64,000 nucleotides of DNA from Minisyncoccota bacterium (lineage in GTDB: Bacteria > Patescibacteriota > Minisyncoccia > JBAYJV01), in assembly GCA_041664925.1 (NCBI GenBank), contig JBAYJV010000002.1, forward strand, positions 8,302 through 72,301, given 5' to 3'. The translations under genes were made by a program, and so were the position numbers. How positions within the stretch are numbered: position 1 is the stretch's first letter; each line of letters opens with the position of its first letter. Below, in pieces: positions 45,144 through 55,020 of the stretch. The notes under the pieces were generated by a model that saw only the letters and a list, made by a program, of their open reading frames with translations, was not told the DNA's origin and made no database searches.

Positions 45144-46182
45144 TATTTAATTTATTAACGCTTCCCATCGTGGGGGCGGGATCGTACCAAGCGCCAGTTC
45201 CATCAGGAATTCGGGCATACGATTTATTTTCTGGCACCGCAAGAACAGTATTACATGTCGAGGAAGTTGTCAGGGAATTGGTTTGTTGAGGAGTGGGGGA
45301 TAGTTCACAATTTGTGCCGTGGTAACTATAAGAATCAATTAAGGTATTGGCATTATCGTATAAATAAACAATGTCGGCAGGAGTGCTGCTGCCAGAAGTA
45401 TTGTTTAAAACAGAATGATTTAAATAAACAACCAACCAATCTTTGGCGCCAACAATTGTTGTAGCGGGCAAAGTATTGGTTGCGGTGATAGCGATAGCAT
45501 GATCGGTTTCGTCGTTGATGTGCCAGCCAGCAACATCAATTGGCTGGTCACTAGTATTATAAAGCTCAACCCATTCCCCCTCGGGCATAACGAGAGAGTC
45601 GGATCCGATGGGATTGGGCAGGAATTCATTAAGAAAAACGCCGGATCTCCAAGTTCCCGAAGAAAGCGTTAACTCTAGCTCTCTATTTTTATAGAAGCCC
45701 TGAGAATTGTTTTCTAAGTTTAATTGCCAAGCCTCAAACAATAATTTAAAGCTGCAAGATTTTTGAAAAAGGGATTCGTCTTGGGAAGCAAGAGAAAATT
45801 CAAAAGACCAGTCTTTAAAAGTTTGAGTACTGGAAGCTTGATAGGAAAAACCAGAAAGCAAATCTTGTTCTTTAAAGTCGCCACCAAGATTCGCCTTGAT
45901 ATTTAAATAATCACAAAGTTCTCCTGATAAATCAGAAGTTTTTATTTGATATTGAAAATCTAAACTGCCCTCTTTTTCAACAACTAAATCAAGGTGTCCT
46001 GATTGCGAGGGCGTGATGCTGGATAGCGAAGAAGTGGCGATTTGGTCTAAAGAAAAATCCAAGGTTCCCACCTCAAAACCATTCGCTTGCTTTGTTTCTT
46101 CATCGGTAAAAAAGGCAAAAGAAAAGTTAGTAAAAAATATAACAACTATCAATATTAAAAGGTAACTGAAATATTTAGACAT
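45130..46182 (-). CDS. SipW-cognate-signal protein with Lamin-Tail Domain (LTD)
   Basis: N-terminal ...FAFFTDEETKQANGFEVGTLDFSL (SipW-cognate class signal). LTD signature LNEFLPNPIGSDSLVMPEGEWVELYNTSDQPIDVAGWHI. Confidence 0.6.
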   Translation of the reverse strand: MSKYFSYLLILIVVIFFTNFSFAFFTDEETKQANGFEVGTLDFSLDQIATSSLSSITPSQSGHLDLVVEKEGSLDFQYQIKTSDLSGELCDYLNIKANLGGDFKEQDLLSGFSYQASSTQTFKDWSFEFSLASQDESLFQKSCSFKLLFEAWQLNLENNSQGFYKNRELELTLSSGTWRSGVFLNEFLPNPIGSDSLVMPEGEWVELYNTSDQPIDVAGWHINDETDHAIAITATNTLPATTIVGAKDWLVVYLNHSVLNNTSGSSTPADIVYLYDNANTLIDSYSYHGTNCELSPTPQQTNSLTTSSTCNTVLAVPENKSYARIPDGTGAWYDPAPTMGSVNKLNNDQN

Positions 46183-46194
46183 ACTTATATCATC

Positions 46195-46383
46195 GTCATC
46201 CTAAGAACATAGTCATCTTGAGGTCGCCTAAGGCGACCGAAGAGTCTCGGGATTCTTCACGGAGTTTATCCTGAGAAACTCGAAGGGTTCAGAATGACAG
46301 ACGCACACGGGATTCTTCGTGGAATTTATAGTGAGCTTGCCTGTGGTGAGCTTATCGAATCCATCGAACTACTCAGAATGACA
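46195..46383. mobile_element. MITE-like elements (one complete at 46195-46298, one truncated to 46383) between LTD-protein and SipW genes
   Basis: GTCATCCTAAG...TTCAGAATGAC, then ...CTCAGAATGACAC. Interiors share GATTCTTCACGGAGTTTATCCTGAGAAACTCGAAGG with the 47571 copy. Confidence 0.4.
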
Positions 46384-46839
46384 CTTTATTTTTCTAACCT
46401 CACTAAAAATTACTACCAAGCAGGGAATTGACAAGAGAATAATAATTCCAATCGGAGTTCTCGTCAGATTAAAAATATAACCGAGATAAGGGACTGCCAA
46501 AACAACTTTTCCCAAGATTTGATCTTGCCTGATTTTTTTTAAATCAGAACTAGGATTAGCATCGCCTCTGGTGGTATATAAATTTTCATCTTTGTTAAAG
46601 ATGCGATGAGTGATTTTTCTTTGGTGATTTTCCTTTTCAAAAAATGTTATAACATCTCCTATTTTGTATTCTGCCATTCTCAAAATAACAATAATACCTC
46701 CTTGTCTGATAGCGGGCGCCATTGATCCAGAAGTGACCATAAGTATTTTATGAGGAGCGCTGGGTAAAAGCGAAGTCAATAAAAACAAAACCAGCGCTCC
46801 CAAAAACCAATAAAAATACTTTGTCGTTAGTCTTTTCAA
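46369..46839 (-). CDS. sipW: Signal peptidase I, SipW/archaeal-ER type (S26B)
   Basis: TSGSMAPAI (catalytic Ser), RIFNKDENLYTTRGDANPSSD (TKGDNNxxxD signature), VPYLGYI. Confidence 0.75.
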   Translation of the reverse strand: MKRLTTKYFYWFLGALVLFLLTSLLPSAPHKILMVTSGSMAPAIRQGGIIVILRMAEYKIGDVITFFEKENHQRKITHRIFNKDENLYTTRGDANPSSDLKKIRQDQILGKVVLAVPYLGYIFNLTRTPIGIIILLSIPCLVVIFSEVRKIKCHSE

Positions 46840-46851
46840 GATATTTCTAGA

Positions 46852-47472
46852 TTACTTCTGTTTGAAGTCAAAAGTAATCGAGAAACCAGTACTATCGCTT
46901 TGAAAAATATTGCCGCCCAAATGAGCAGGATCAGCTTCCCATTTAACTTTAATATCGGCTGTTTGATCGGCAGAAAGACTGACTTCAGATGACGGTTGAG
47001 AAATTACCCCATTAAGCAAAATTAAACTTTGACTAGAAGAAACAAAGTAAGTTTCTGTTCCATCCAAAACACCATTGCCATCTGTGTCTATCCAAACAGT
47101 CAATTTCAAATAATCATCAAGTTCGCCTTCGCCAGTACCGGGATTTCCGCAAGTTGTGTCTATAAGCGCTTCAGGGGAATTGCAATTGTTTTCTTTATCG
47201 TCAGTTTTATTAATTGTGGCAGCAATAATATCTCCCGTAATTGTCCCAGCGTTTTTTAATCTAATAACGCCGGAATCAAAGTCACCGGGCTTGATATTAG
47301 TAACTTGAATAGGCAAGGTTGTGTTTGGTCCATCTGTTGTCAAATCCAAAGTACCGGCAGCGAAAACATTTGTCGGAGAAGTTTCGGTATCGGTAAAGTA
47401 AGCGCCAGTTGCGCCTAAAACGACGCCAACAATAATAGCGATGAAAGAAAAGGCATTAATAATTTTTTTCAT
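46852..47472 (-). CDS. TasA/camelysin (M73)-like fiber protein with SipW-cognate signal peptide
   Basis: ...GATGAYFTDTETSPTNVFAAGTLDL closely matches the TasA/CalY N-terminus (AAFNDIKSKDATFASGTLDL). Size is 206 aa. Confidence 0.7.
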   Translation of the reverse strand: MKKIINAFSFIAIIVGVVLGATGAYFTDTETSPTNVFAAGTLDLTTDGPNTTLPIQVTNIKPGDFDSGVIRLKNAGTITGDIIAATINKTDDKENNCNSPEALIDTTCGNPGTGEGELDDYLKLTVWIDTDGNGVLDGTETYFVSSSQSLILLNGVISQPSSEVSLSADQTADIKVKWEADPAHLGGNIFQSDSTGFSITFDFKQK

Positions 47473-47484
47473 GGTTTTTATACT

Positions 47485-47648
47485 GTCATCCTGAATATGG
47501 TGAAGGATCCGTGTTTAACAGTTTTTTTCGAGATTCTTCACTTCGTTCAGAATGACACCTTAATTTTATTGTCATCCTGAATGAATGAATGATCCCCGGG
47601 ACTCTTCACGGAGTTTATCCTGAGAAACTTCGAAAGACTCAGAGTGAC
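47485..47648. mobile_element. Two tandem MITE-like elements (47485-47556 and 47571-47648)
   Basis: GTCATCCTGAA...TTCAGAATGAC and GTCATCCTGAATGAATGAATGATCCCCGGGACTCTTCACGGAGTTTATCCTGAGAAACTTCGAAAGACTCAGAGTGAC. Confidence 0.4.
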
Positions 47649-48246
47649 ATACTTTTGTTTAATATTTTATGACAGGAAAACAGATCACTCGACCTTTAAA
47701 ACAAAAAAAGCTCACAAAAAAATGAGAGCTGTTAAACTAATCTATTTCCCCTCCTATCATGATGAAATGTTTCGATGAAATACTTAAGAGAATATTTTAT
47801 CAAATCCTGAAGGTATTTTTCAATGTGGATAACTCATTATTATGTTTCCGAGGTAACGAGGAATTACATAATAATGACCCCGGCACGCCGGGGTTATTGA
47901 TTGCGTAGTTTCTCATTTTATTCGAAAACGCGACACCCTCCTTCACTAAAGTTACGGACGGGTTATTGACTCTGTAATCTTTCGCATAGACTTAAGAATA
48001 GAGTCAATAAAATGAGGGCCTGTTTTTCTTACAGACCCTCGCAATGCATTAGCCCACTATAGAGGTTATTGTGACTCCACTCTTATGATTATACTAAAAA
48101 ATTAATCGTTTGCAATATCTTGGAATTATCCGCCTTAACTAAAGTTACGGCGAGATTATTAACTGTGTAATCTTCGCCTTGCTCAGAAACGCAGTCAATA
48201 AAAAGAGAGCCCGCGCACTTTGCACGGGCTCCTACTTTGAAACTCT

Positions 48247-49287
48247 CTACTGAACGGTTACTTCGTACCGTCCAGTCACCTCCTCTCCGTTAAGAGAGGC
48301 GGTAACCGTCCATGTTCCGGAGTGGAAGAACTTGACCTTGATGTATTGGCCAAAATCTCCCCACACCTTCACGATCTCGAAGTCATCGCCGAGAACCGGC
48401 GACGAATCGCCGCAGCACCAAGCGAAGTCCCAAGAGATCTTCGTCTTGTTGCAGCCACAGCCACAATCTGGCTCCGATGGGCAAGGGACGATACCTTGAA
48501 TTCCGACGCTCTGTTCATCGAAGACATTTCTGCACTGGTCGCATTCATCGAAACACGGCCAGTCGTTGAAGAGAACTGCGATCTCGAATTCATCGTATGC
48601 CGAGACGCATCCTCTCTCCGGTTCCAGACGGTCCAATACGATCGAATCGCATGGGTCATCGCACGGATCGTCGGGACAAGGCGGCGTTGGGTCGCAGCAC
48701 TCCTCAACCTTTAGGGTTGCGGTCTTATATGCGACCGTTCCCGCATCGTCCCGTACCGTCAGGTAAATGGTCTTCGTTCCGGCCGATCCGAATGTGAAAG
48801 TCGTGGACGAGTCGGAACTCACGTGGCCATCACTTGAGGACCATTCATAGGTAATCGGGCGACTGTGTTCGATAACCGCCGATACCCGCGTCGGGATGTT
48901 CTTGCAGACAGGATTGAGGTCGATGTTGATAGACGTAATCCTGACGAACGGCTTCTCTCCGACGGTGATGGTAATCGAGTCGCTTGCCGTCTCGGTGCCA
49001 CACATCCCGCTGTTGGTCACCGTAACCGTTGCAGTGTAGGTGCCAACGTTTTGGTAGACGTGGATTGGGTTCTCTTCGGAACTTGTTCCACCGTCTCCGA
49101 ATGACCATGCGCGCGTCTTATCTGCACAAGTAGTTACGGCACTGAACGCGACCGTCAAGGGCGCGTAGCCGCTGGTTCGATCAGCCGAGACTTCGACTGT
49201 GGGCGGAACTGTCATACATCCGCCCAGACCGAGCGCCAGTACTACGACCAGCGCGCCAAGCAGTACAAACATCCGTCCTCGCTTCAT
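48247..49287 (-). CDS. Lipoprotein with PKD domains and Cys-rich C-terminal domain (GC-rich island)
   Basis: Lipobox LALGLGGC. PKD: GYAPLTVAFSA...WSFGDGGTSSEENPIHVY..GTYTATVTVTN. C-terminal EECCDPTPPCPDDPCDDPCD...CGCGCN...WCCGD. Confidence 0.7.
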   Translation of the reverse strand: MKRGRMFVLLGALVVVLALGLGGCMTVPPTVEVSADRTSGYAPLTVAFSAVTTCADKTRAWSFGDGGTSSEENPIHVYQNVGTYTATVTVTNSGMCGTETASDSITITVGEKPFVRITSINIDLNPVCKNIPTRVSAVIEHSRPITYEWSSSDGHVSSDSSTTFTFGSAGTKTIYLTVRDDAGTVAYKTATLKVEECCDPTPPCPDDPCDDPCDSIVLDRLEPERGCVSAYDEFEIAVLFNDWPCFDECDQCRNVFDEQSVGIQGIVPCPSEPDCGCGCNKTKISWDFAWCCGDSSPVLGDDFEIVKVWGDFGQYIKVKFFHSGTWTVTASLNGEEVTGRYEVTVQ

Positions 49288-49561
49288 TCTGAACCTCCTT
49301 AGGTTCGTATTTGTTTTTTTTGTTTGTGTACATAGGGAATCTTAACTTCCCTTTCTACTATCCATTATAGCATATTAGAACACTAAAGTCAAGGATTTTG
49401 GTGAAATATTTATATTTGTGAACTTAATATGTAAAAAGAAACAATAAATAATATAACTTAAAATTCAAAACTCAAAGCGCAAAACAACAATTTAAAACTT
49501 AAAACTATTTAATTTTTATTAACTATGCAAACAAAAACCCCGTATTGTTTGATACGGGGAA

Positions 49562-50488
49562 TTAGTGATCATTAGTGATTACCCAAAGAACTTTTGGTAA
49601 AACGCTAATCTTGATTGTATTCGTTGGCAATTCAATCGGTTCGCCGTCAACTTGAGCGGAAAGGATGTCATCGTCTTCGTCTTCATCTTCTATAATAATC
49701 TTTATTTCTTTTCCTTCAAATGTGTGTAAACGCGGCAATCTGTCAAGTTTTCCCGTTGTCATTTGAATGACATATTTGAGTCTTTCTTGAAGCGATGGCA
49801 GATCCTCAATTACAAGCAGATTCAAGATGCCATCGGAAATACTGCCCTGAAGATTGATTGGAAAATAAGAACCTTCGCGCTTGCCGTTGTGAACGCCGAC
49901 AAAAAAGGTTTCACCTTCAAAAGCAACTCTACCGTCAATCTCAATTCGCACCTGTCTAATATTGGGATTTTGCAATTCATTAATCATTGGCAGGCCATAG
50001 CGAAGTTCTTTGAAAGGCAATCTTCGAAAGATTGGATGTTTGTGAGCCAAATGATCAATATCTGCATCAATGCCGATACTAAAGACATTCAGGAAGATAA
50101 GCTTATCAACTAGCCCGACATCAGCTTGAATTCTTGCGCCAGACATAAGCGCCTCAAGAGCTTTCTTGGGATTTTGGGGCATTCCAAGAGAAGCAATCGC
50201 AAAATCATTGGATGTGCCAAGCGGCAGAACTCCGAGAGCGACATCTGTACCCATAAGTTCTCGGCCAATGAGATTGACAGTGCCATCGCCGCCACAAGCG
50301 ACAATGATTTTTTCACCTTTTAAAATTGCTTCCTGACAAGCTTTTTGCGCTTCTTCTTGATTATTCGTAATCCTGAAATCAAAGGCGATGCCGCTCTTTT
50401 TAAGCAACGGCAAGATTCTTTTCAAAAATATTTGACAACCAATACTTTGAGATGCGTTTCTATTAATTATAAAGAACATTGAGAACAC
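49562..50488 (-). CDS. Diacylglycerol/lipid kinase catalytic-domain protein (YegS/DgkA-like)
   Basis: ...KIIVACGGDGTVN..., GVLPLGTSNDFA. Conserved leader upstream on minus strand (50489-50556). Confidence 0.65.
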   Translation of the reverse strand: MFSMFFIINRNASQSIGCQIFLKRILPLLKKSGIAFDFRITNNQEEAQKACQEAILKGEKIIVACGGDGTVNLIGRELMGTDVALGVLPLGTSNDFAIASLGMPQNPKKALEALMSGARIQADVGLVDKLIFLNVFSIGIDADIDHLAHKHPIFRRLPFKELRYGLPMINELQNPNIRQVRIEIDGRVAFEGETFFVGVHNGKREGSYFPINLQGSISDGILNLLVIEDLPSLQERLKYVIQMTTGKLDRLPRLHTFEGKEIKIIIEDEDEDDDILSAQVDGEPIELPTNTIKISVLPKVLWVITNDH

Positions 50489-50556
50489 CTCCTTTAGAGT
50501 TTCTTGACGAACGAAGTGAGTACTAGAAAATCTTAAGTCCCGCCGTAGTTCCGGTA
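50489..50556 (-). promoter_or_regulatory. Conserved leader instance f (serves 49562-50488)
   Basis: CTTAAGATTTTCTAGTACTCACTTCGTTCGTCAAGAAACTCTAAAGGAGGTGTTCTCA-ATG, preceded by a GTTCCGGTTTACCGGAAC hairpin. Confidence 0.45.
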
Positions 50557-51174
50557 AACCGGAACAGAGGAGGACAACTTCATTAGCTTATTTAGTCTTG
50601 ACGAGGGCGGACTTTATTTACGACCGTAGGACTACCATCATCTCCACTCATATCTTACTCTTTTGGAGTTTGGTTGCAATGGATAAAACAATTACCCGTC
50701 TACGCTGTCTCCTACGCTAAACCTGCCTGCCCTGACTGCCGTCAGGCAGGCGTCAGGCAGGGCTATGGATGACCGAGGAAAGCTTCGGCAGGGTTATTGA
50801 ATCTGTAAATCTTTCATTATGCTCAAGAACAGAGTCAACCCTGACACCAGAGCAAAGCTCGGTGCAGGGTTTGATTTTCGTTTCCCTTCATAAATTCAGG
50901 GACGAAAATCAATTAAAAAAAGGGACAGAATGAGATTCCTAGGTAAATCTCACCTGTCCCTTGCGCTAGCTAGGCTGCGAAGTTGGCATCACTCTTGCGC
51001 GAGAGCAACGCTTTCCTCGTAGGTTTTGACTGCGGCTCTCTGGAATGAAAGCGCAATCGGACTGAAAGAACTGTGCCATCTCCATACGAGGGAGTTGGCG
51101 GTACTCTACTTTTTCCTGTGCTCTATACGATGGAGCGACAGGGCGACAAACTTACTTGGTTAGACTACCAGATT

Positions 51175-52107
51175 TTACTCCGGGAGGTTGTTGGTTCCGC
51201 GGAAATCAATGAGGTAGCCGACGCTGGTGTGCTGTGGCAACGACGGCCAGTAAGCACCGGTACCAGCCCCAGACTGCAGGTTCAGGGGAACCGTATCAAC
51301 ATAGTTCACGTTATTAGCGAACGTTACCTGATGGGTAATTGATCCGACGACATTATCGGCATCAACTTCCTGATTGTGAGTCGTGTCGGTCGTACCCTTT
51401 GCATTGAAATCCATACCAACCGGGTTGTTCGTGCCTGCTCCGATGTAAGAAGAACCAGAACCGGAAGCGGCGACATCACCCATAAGGGTATTGGAGAGGT
51501 ACTGACAGTAAGACGTCGGCTTAACCATCGTCACAATACCAGCGTCATTCGTTGCCAGAGCGACCTGAGCGGTATGCGTGATGGTCGAACCGGACTGGTT
51601 GAAGAGCACATTCGCGACACCGCCGCCACCAGGGATAATGATCGTAGCATCAAGAGCGCTTTCAACATCGAAGGTGTCGTTCTTGGTGCGGATCGAGACA
51701 TCGTAGTTACCAGCCACGCTGGTGTCGACAAGGAATCCGTTGGTGGGGTTCAATCCGTGCACATCATCGTTCGCGTTGTGTCGGAATCGAATCGCCTGCG
51801 CCTGATTATACCCAGCCGCATCCAGGGTCTGATTATCCAGGTTAAACGTCCCGTAGTAGGGGTTAACCGGAGTAGTCTTTACCTGACTCGTCAGAGTTCC
51901 CTGAGAAATACCGTCAACATTGACGGTCGTCGTTACGGGATTGATGGAGCCAGGGAAGTTGGACGGGCCGACATTTGTGGTAGCGTCGATCTGCATGCTT
52001 CCGCTGTCCATGTACCAAGAATTGGTCACGGTTGCATCCGCAAACGTCGCAACACCCACACCCAACGCCATCACGAGAGCCAGAACACAGATCATTACTC
52101 GCTTCAT
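51175..52107 (-). CDS. Secreted Thr/Asn/Gly-rich protein, unknown function (GC-rich island)
   Basis: Signal peptide MKRVMICVLALVMALGVGVATFA. The 'both strands open' pattern is typical of high-GC coding DNA. Minus strand chosen by signal peptide and SD. Confidence 0.5.
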   Translation of the reverse strand: MKRVMICVLALVMALGVGVATFADATVTNSWYMDSGSMQIDATTNVGPSNFPGSINPVTTTVNVDGISQGTLTSQVKTTPVNPYYGTFNLDNQTLDAAGYNQAQAIRFRHNANDDVHGLNPTNGFLVDTSVAGNYDVSIRTKNDTFDVESALDATIIIPGGGGVANVLFNQSGSTITHTAQVALATNDAGIVTMVKPTSYCQYLSNTLMGDVAASGSGSSYIGAGTNNPVGMDFNAKGTTDTTHNQEVDADNVVGSITHQVTFANNVNYVDTVPLNLQSGAGTGAYWPSLPQHTSVGYLIDFRGTNNLPE

Positions 52108-52305
52108 CGCTTACTCCTTTTGTGATCCGACCTTTTGCCGGATCGGCTTTTTGGTTGGTTTGTTCTTTGCTTCTTTGCTGCTCGCATCTCTACTCAGTCG
52201 ATTTTAAATGGGTCTAATCACCTTGTCTCCTTTCTTCTTGTATGAAGAGAACTTTATCGTCTGAGCATTCTAATCTATTTTTCTTTCTCTGTCAAGAGTT
52301 GTAGA

Positions 52306-53268
52306 TTAGATATTGACGTTGGTTAAGAAAGGAATGTAGGCGACCGCGTAAACACCGTTACCGAACATTCCGCCAACATCAATAATGAAGCCGACGAAGT
52401 CATGATCCGGGTCTTGGTCAGTATTTCCAAACCACCAGTAATTCCAGCGTGCCTGAAAAACTTTAACGGCATCGTCCGGAATTGGCGGTAAGGAGAATCT
52501 GATCGTCGTCGTTTCTCCGGGCTTGAGGGTAATTCTGCCAAGACTATTGCTGTCCTGCCAGAACCATGTTCCCTTATTCCAGTCATCTTTGATATCGGGA
52601 TCATTATAGAAACGACCTTCTGGAACCCAATCGGCCCAGTAAGACAGTCCAGCTGTAACGGTTGCAGGCCCCTTGATCACCTGATTGCCGGTATTCTTGA
52701 GGGTTACGACCAGCTCCATATTCTCAATTTTCCACTCCAGAACCTTCATAGATTTTCTTGGAGATGGATTACTGTCGCGCTCATTAAGCGAAAATCTACC
52801 ATTAAGGTAGAGCCAAACGCTTCCTGAGCAAGGATCAACGCCGCCAATATAAATTGCTTCATCAATATTTCCAGTTCCACTGAAAGACGAACTTAGCGAG
52901 ATCGAGGAAGTCAAAGTAGAATTATTCATAATTCCAAGTTCAATATCAAGCTGTCTTTCAAGGGTCACAGAATCGGATCCAAGAGTTAATTGCTGGCGAA
53001 GATCAAGAGAATAGAGACTAGTAGCTAGAATATTGTCAGTTAAGAGATTATTGGGCGGACATCCGCAATCATTCACATTAGTGAAAATACCTGCGGTTCC
53101 GGTTCCAAAGATTCTCAGGTCAATGAAACCTTGATTTTCGATGCCGAAACTTAACCAAGTTTCTTCGGTGAAAAGATCTGTCGTGTGACTAGCAAAAGCA
53201 GCCACAGAAGAAATCAACACAACCCCCAACAACCCAACCAACAACATCTTCGACGCTCTGTTTCGCAT
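52306..53268 (-). CDS. Secreted protein, unknown function (GC-rich island)
   Basis: Signal peptide ...LLVGLLGVVLISSVAAFA. SD GGAGAGGG upstream. Confidence 0.5.
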   Translation of the reverse strand: MRNRASKMLLVGLLGVVLISSVAAFASHTTDLFTEETWLSFGIENQGFIDLRIFGTGTAGIFTNVNDCGCPPNNLLTDNILATSLYSLDLRQQLTLGSDSVTLERQLDIELGIMNNSTLTSSISLSSSFSGTGNIDEAIYIGGVDPCSGSVWLYLNGRFSLNERDSNPSPRKSMKVLEWKIENMELVVTLKNTGNQVIKGPATVTAGLSYWADWVPEGRFYNDPDIKDDWNKGTWFWQDSNSLGRITLKPGETTTIRFSLPPIPDDAVKVFQARWNYWWFGNTDQDPDHDFVGFIIDVGGMFGNGVYAVAYIPFLTNVNI

Positions 53269-53545
53269 ATCCCTCTCCTTTTTTCTTTTTATGAATGCGT
53301 TTGTAAAAGAACTTTAACATCCTAGCATACAAAAATATAATTGTCAATAGCTGATGATAATTTGATGCGATTAACCCTGAAGTACAATAAATTGACTTCA
53401 GGATTATTGACTGCGTAATCTTCGCTGTTAATGTATTATCCTCCTTCGCCAAGGCTTCGGAAGGATTTTAATTTTGTTTCTCTTTATAAATTCAGAGACG
53501 AAATTAAAAAATAGCCAGTATGCTTTTCATACTGGCTAAACGAGA

Positions 53546-54592
53546 TTACTCAGAAATAGTGTACGTTTTTGTTTCGTAGTTCGTTGCGCCATTGCAGGTG
53601 AGATAAGCCTGAACCGTCAAACTTCCCGTCTGCTCGGGGGTGTAGTATACACAATTGCCGTATTCAATGGTTTCACAACCATCAAGTTCGAAGTGCCATT
53701 CCCAGTCACCGTCGCGGCATCCATTGCAACCACCACACGAATTCTCACAGTCGCATGGCTCAGGATCGCCACAATAATTCTTGGGATCGATGTTGAGTGA
53801 TTTGGCGGCAAGGGCAGCGGCAAGATCCTGACAGCCGTTATGACCGTGGTTGTCAGGTACGCCGCAGAACTCCATCGCGCAGTCAACCTTGTAACAACCG
53901 GAAGCATCAATCGAGATCTCCGGAACACAAGGCCTACAACACTCCTCGATAGTGATTTTCCCTTCAAAGGTATTCGATACGCCTTCGTTATCAGTCAAGG
54001 TGACTCGCACGGTGTAAACGCCAGGGAGGTTATAGTTATAAACAACAGGATTACCCGAAACAGGTTGGCTATCATCGCCAAAGTCCCAGTCGTAGCTTAC
54101 AATGTAATTGCCATCAACCGGATGTGTTGGATCAACCACGAAGAATTCGATCTGATCTTTTGAGGCGCAATAAGGCGGCACTCCATCACAGTCAGAACAT
54201 CCGCCATTGACCTTTCGGTAACTAATCCCCTTAGAGTCCGGTCCAGGATTGGTTGCCTCAATTGACTGGCTGAATGTGTCCACTGATCCATACTTGTCGG
54301 TGATAGTGAGATAGACGACGAAATTGCCGACAGTTGTAAAGGTATGACTGGGTGCTCGCTCATGGCTGGTAATGCCATCGCCAAACTCCCAGTAATACTC
54401 CAGTTCTGCAATCTCGCCATCGTCGGTCACATTCGGCGTGAACTTGACTGTAAGAGGCACTTTGCCTGTCAGGTGATCAACCGTGATTCCGACAATGTTG
54501 GGCTTCTGATTAAAAAGATTGCATCCAGCAATCACCAGAAGCGACAACACTAACACTCCGACTCCGGCTCCTAACCACAATCTCTTTTTCAC
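53546..54592 (-). CDS. Lipoprotein with two PKD domains and Cys-rich C-terminal domain (paralog of 48247-49287)
   Basis: Lipobox LLVIAGC. PKD: VPLTVKFTP...WEFGDG..HTF..GNFVVYLTITD and YDWDFGDD...GVYTVRVTLTDNEG. Shares the EECC and Cys-cluster tail. Confidence 0.7.
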   Translation of the reverse strand: MKKRLWLGAGVGVLVLSLLVIAGCNLFNQKPNIVGITVDHLTGKVPLTVKFTPNVTDDGEIAELEYYWEFGDGITSHERAPSHTFTTVGNFVVYLTITDKYGSVDTFSQSIEATNPGPDSKGISYRKVNGGCSDCDGVPPYCASKDQIEFFVVDPTHPVDGNYIVSYDWDFGDDSQPVSGNPVVYNYNLPGVYTVRVTLTDNEGVSNTFEGKITIEECCRPCVPEISIDASGCYKVDCAMEFCGVPDNHGHNGCQDLAAALAAKSLNIDPKNYCGDPEPCDCENSCGGCNGCRDGDWEWHFELDGCETIEYGNCVYYTPEQTGSLTVQAYLTCNGATNYETKTYTISE

Positions 54593-54604
54593 TTTGTACC
54601 TCCT

Positions 54605-54787
54605 TTAGGTACCTTCTGTTTTTGTTGCTTCTTCTTCTGGAATATACCATTCTATACCAGAAAGATCCATTACGTTAAGAAAAGCACAGATAAATTCTCT
54701 TAAAAGAGAACGAATCTTCAAAATTAAACCAACAAGAACTGTAAAGAAGAGTATCAACAACCACCCCCACCAAGGCATATTTTTCAC
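54605..54787 (-). CDS. Small membrane protein (60 aa)
   Basis: MKNMPWWGWLLILFFTVLVGLIL... with SD and conserved leader (54788-54850). Confidence 0.4.
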   Translation of the reverse strand: MKNMPWWGWLLILFFTVLVGLILKIRSLLREFICAFLNVMDLSGIEWYIPEEEATKTEGT

Positions 54788-54850
54788 CTCTCTTAGAGTT
54801 TTTTCTTGAGTATAACGAAAGTAAAAAACTCTTATATCCTGAGCGAAGTC
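54788..54850 (-). promoter_or_regulatory. Conserved leader instance g (serves 54605-54787)
   Basis: TATAAGAGTTTTTTACTTTCGTTATACTCAAGAAAAAACTCTAAGAGAGGTGAAAAAT-ATG, preceded by GTCCTTCGACTTCGCTCAGGA (as upstream of instance b). Confidence 0.4.
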
Positions 54851-55020
54851 GAAGGACTTATCCTGAGTTTATCGAAGGATTAATTTTTTCAAGTACTACC
54901 TCCCTTGTATCATAATATAAGTGCTGTGTCAAGAGATTTAGCCTTTAATAACAGATTTTAAGGCAAAATCAATTAAAAATGGCACTACTTCTTTGTAGTG
55001 CCAAAAGAACTGAGGAACTT

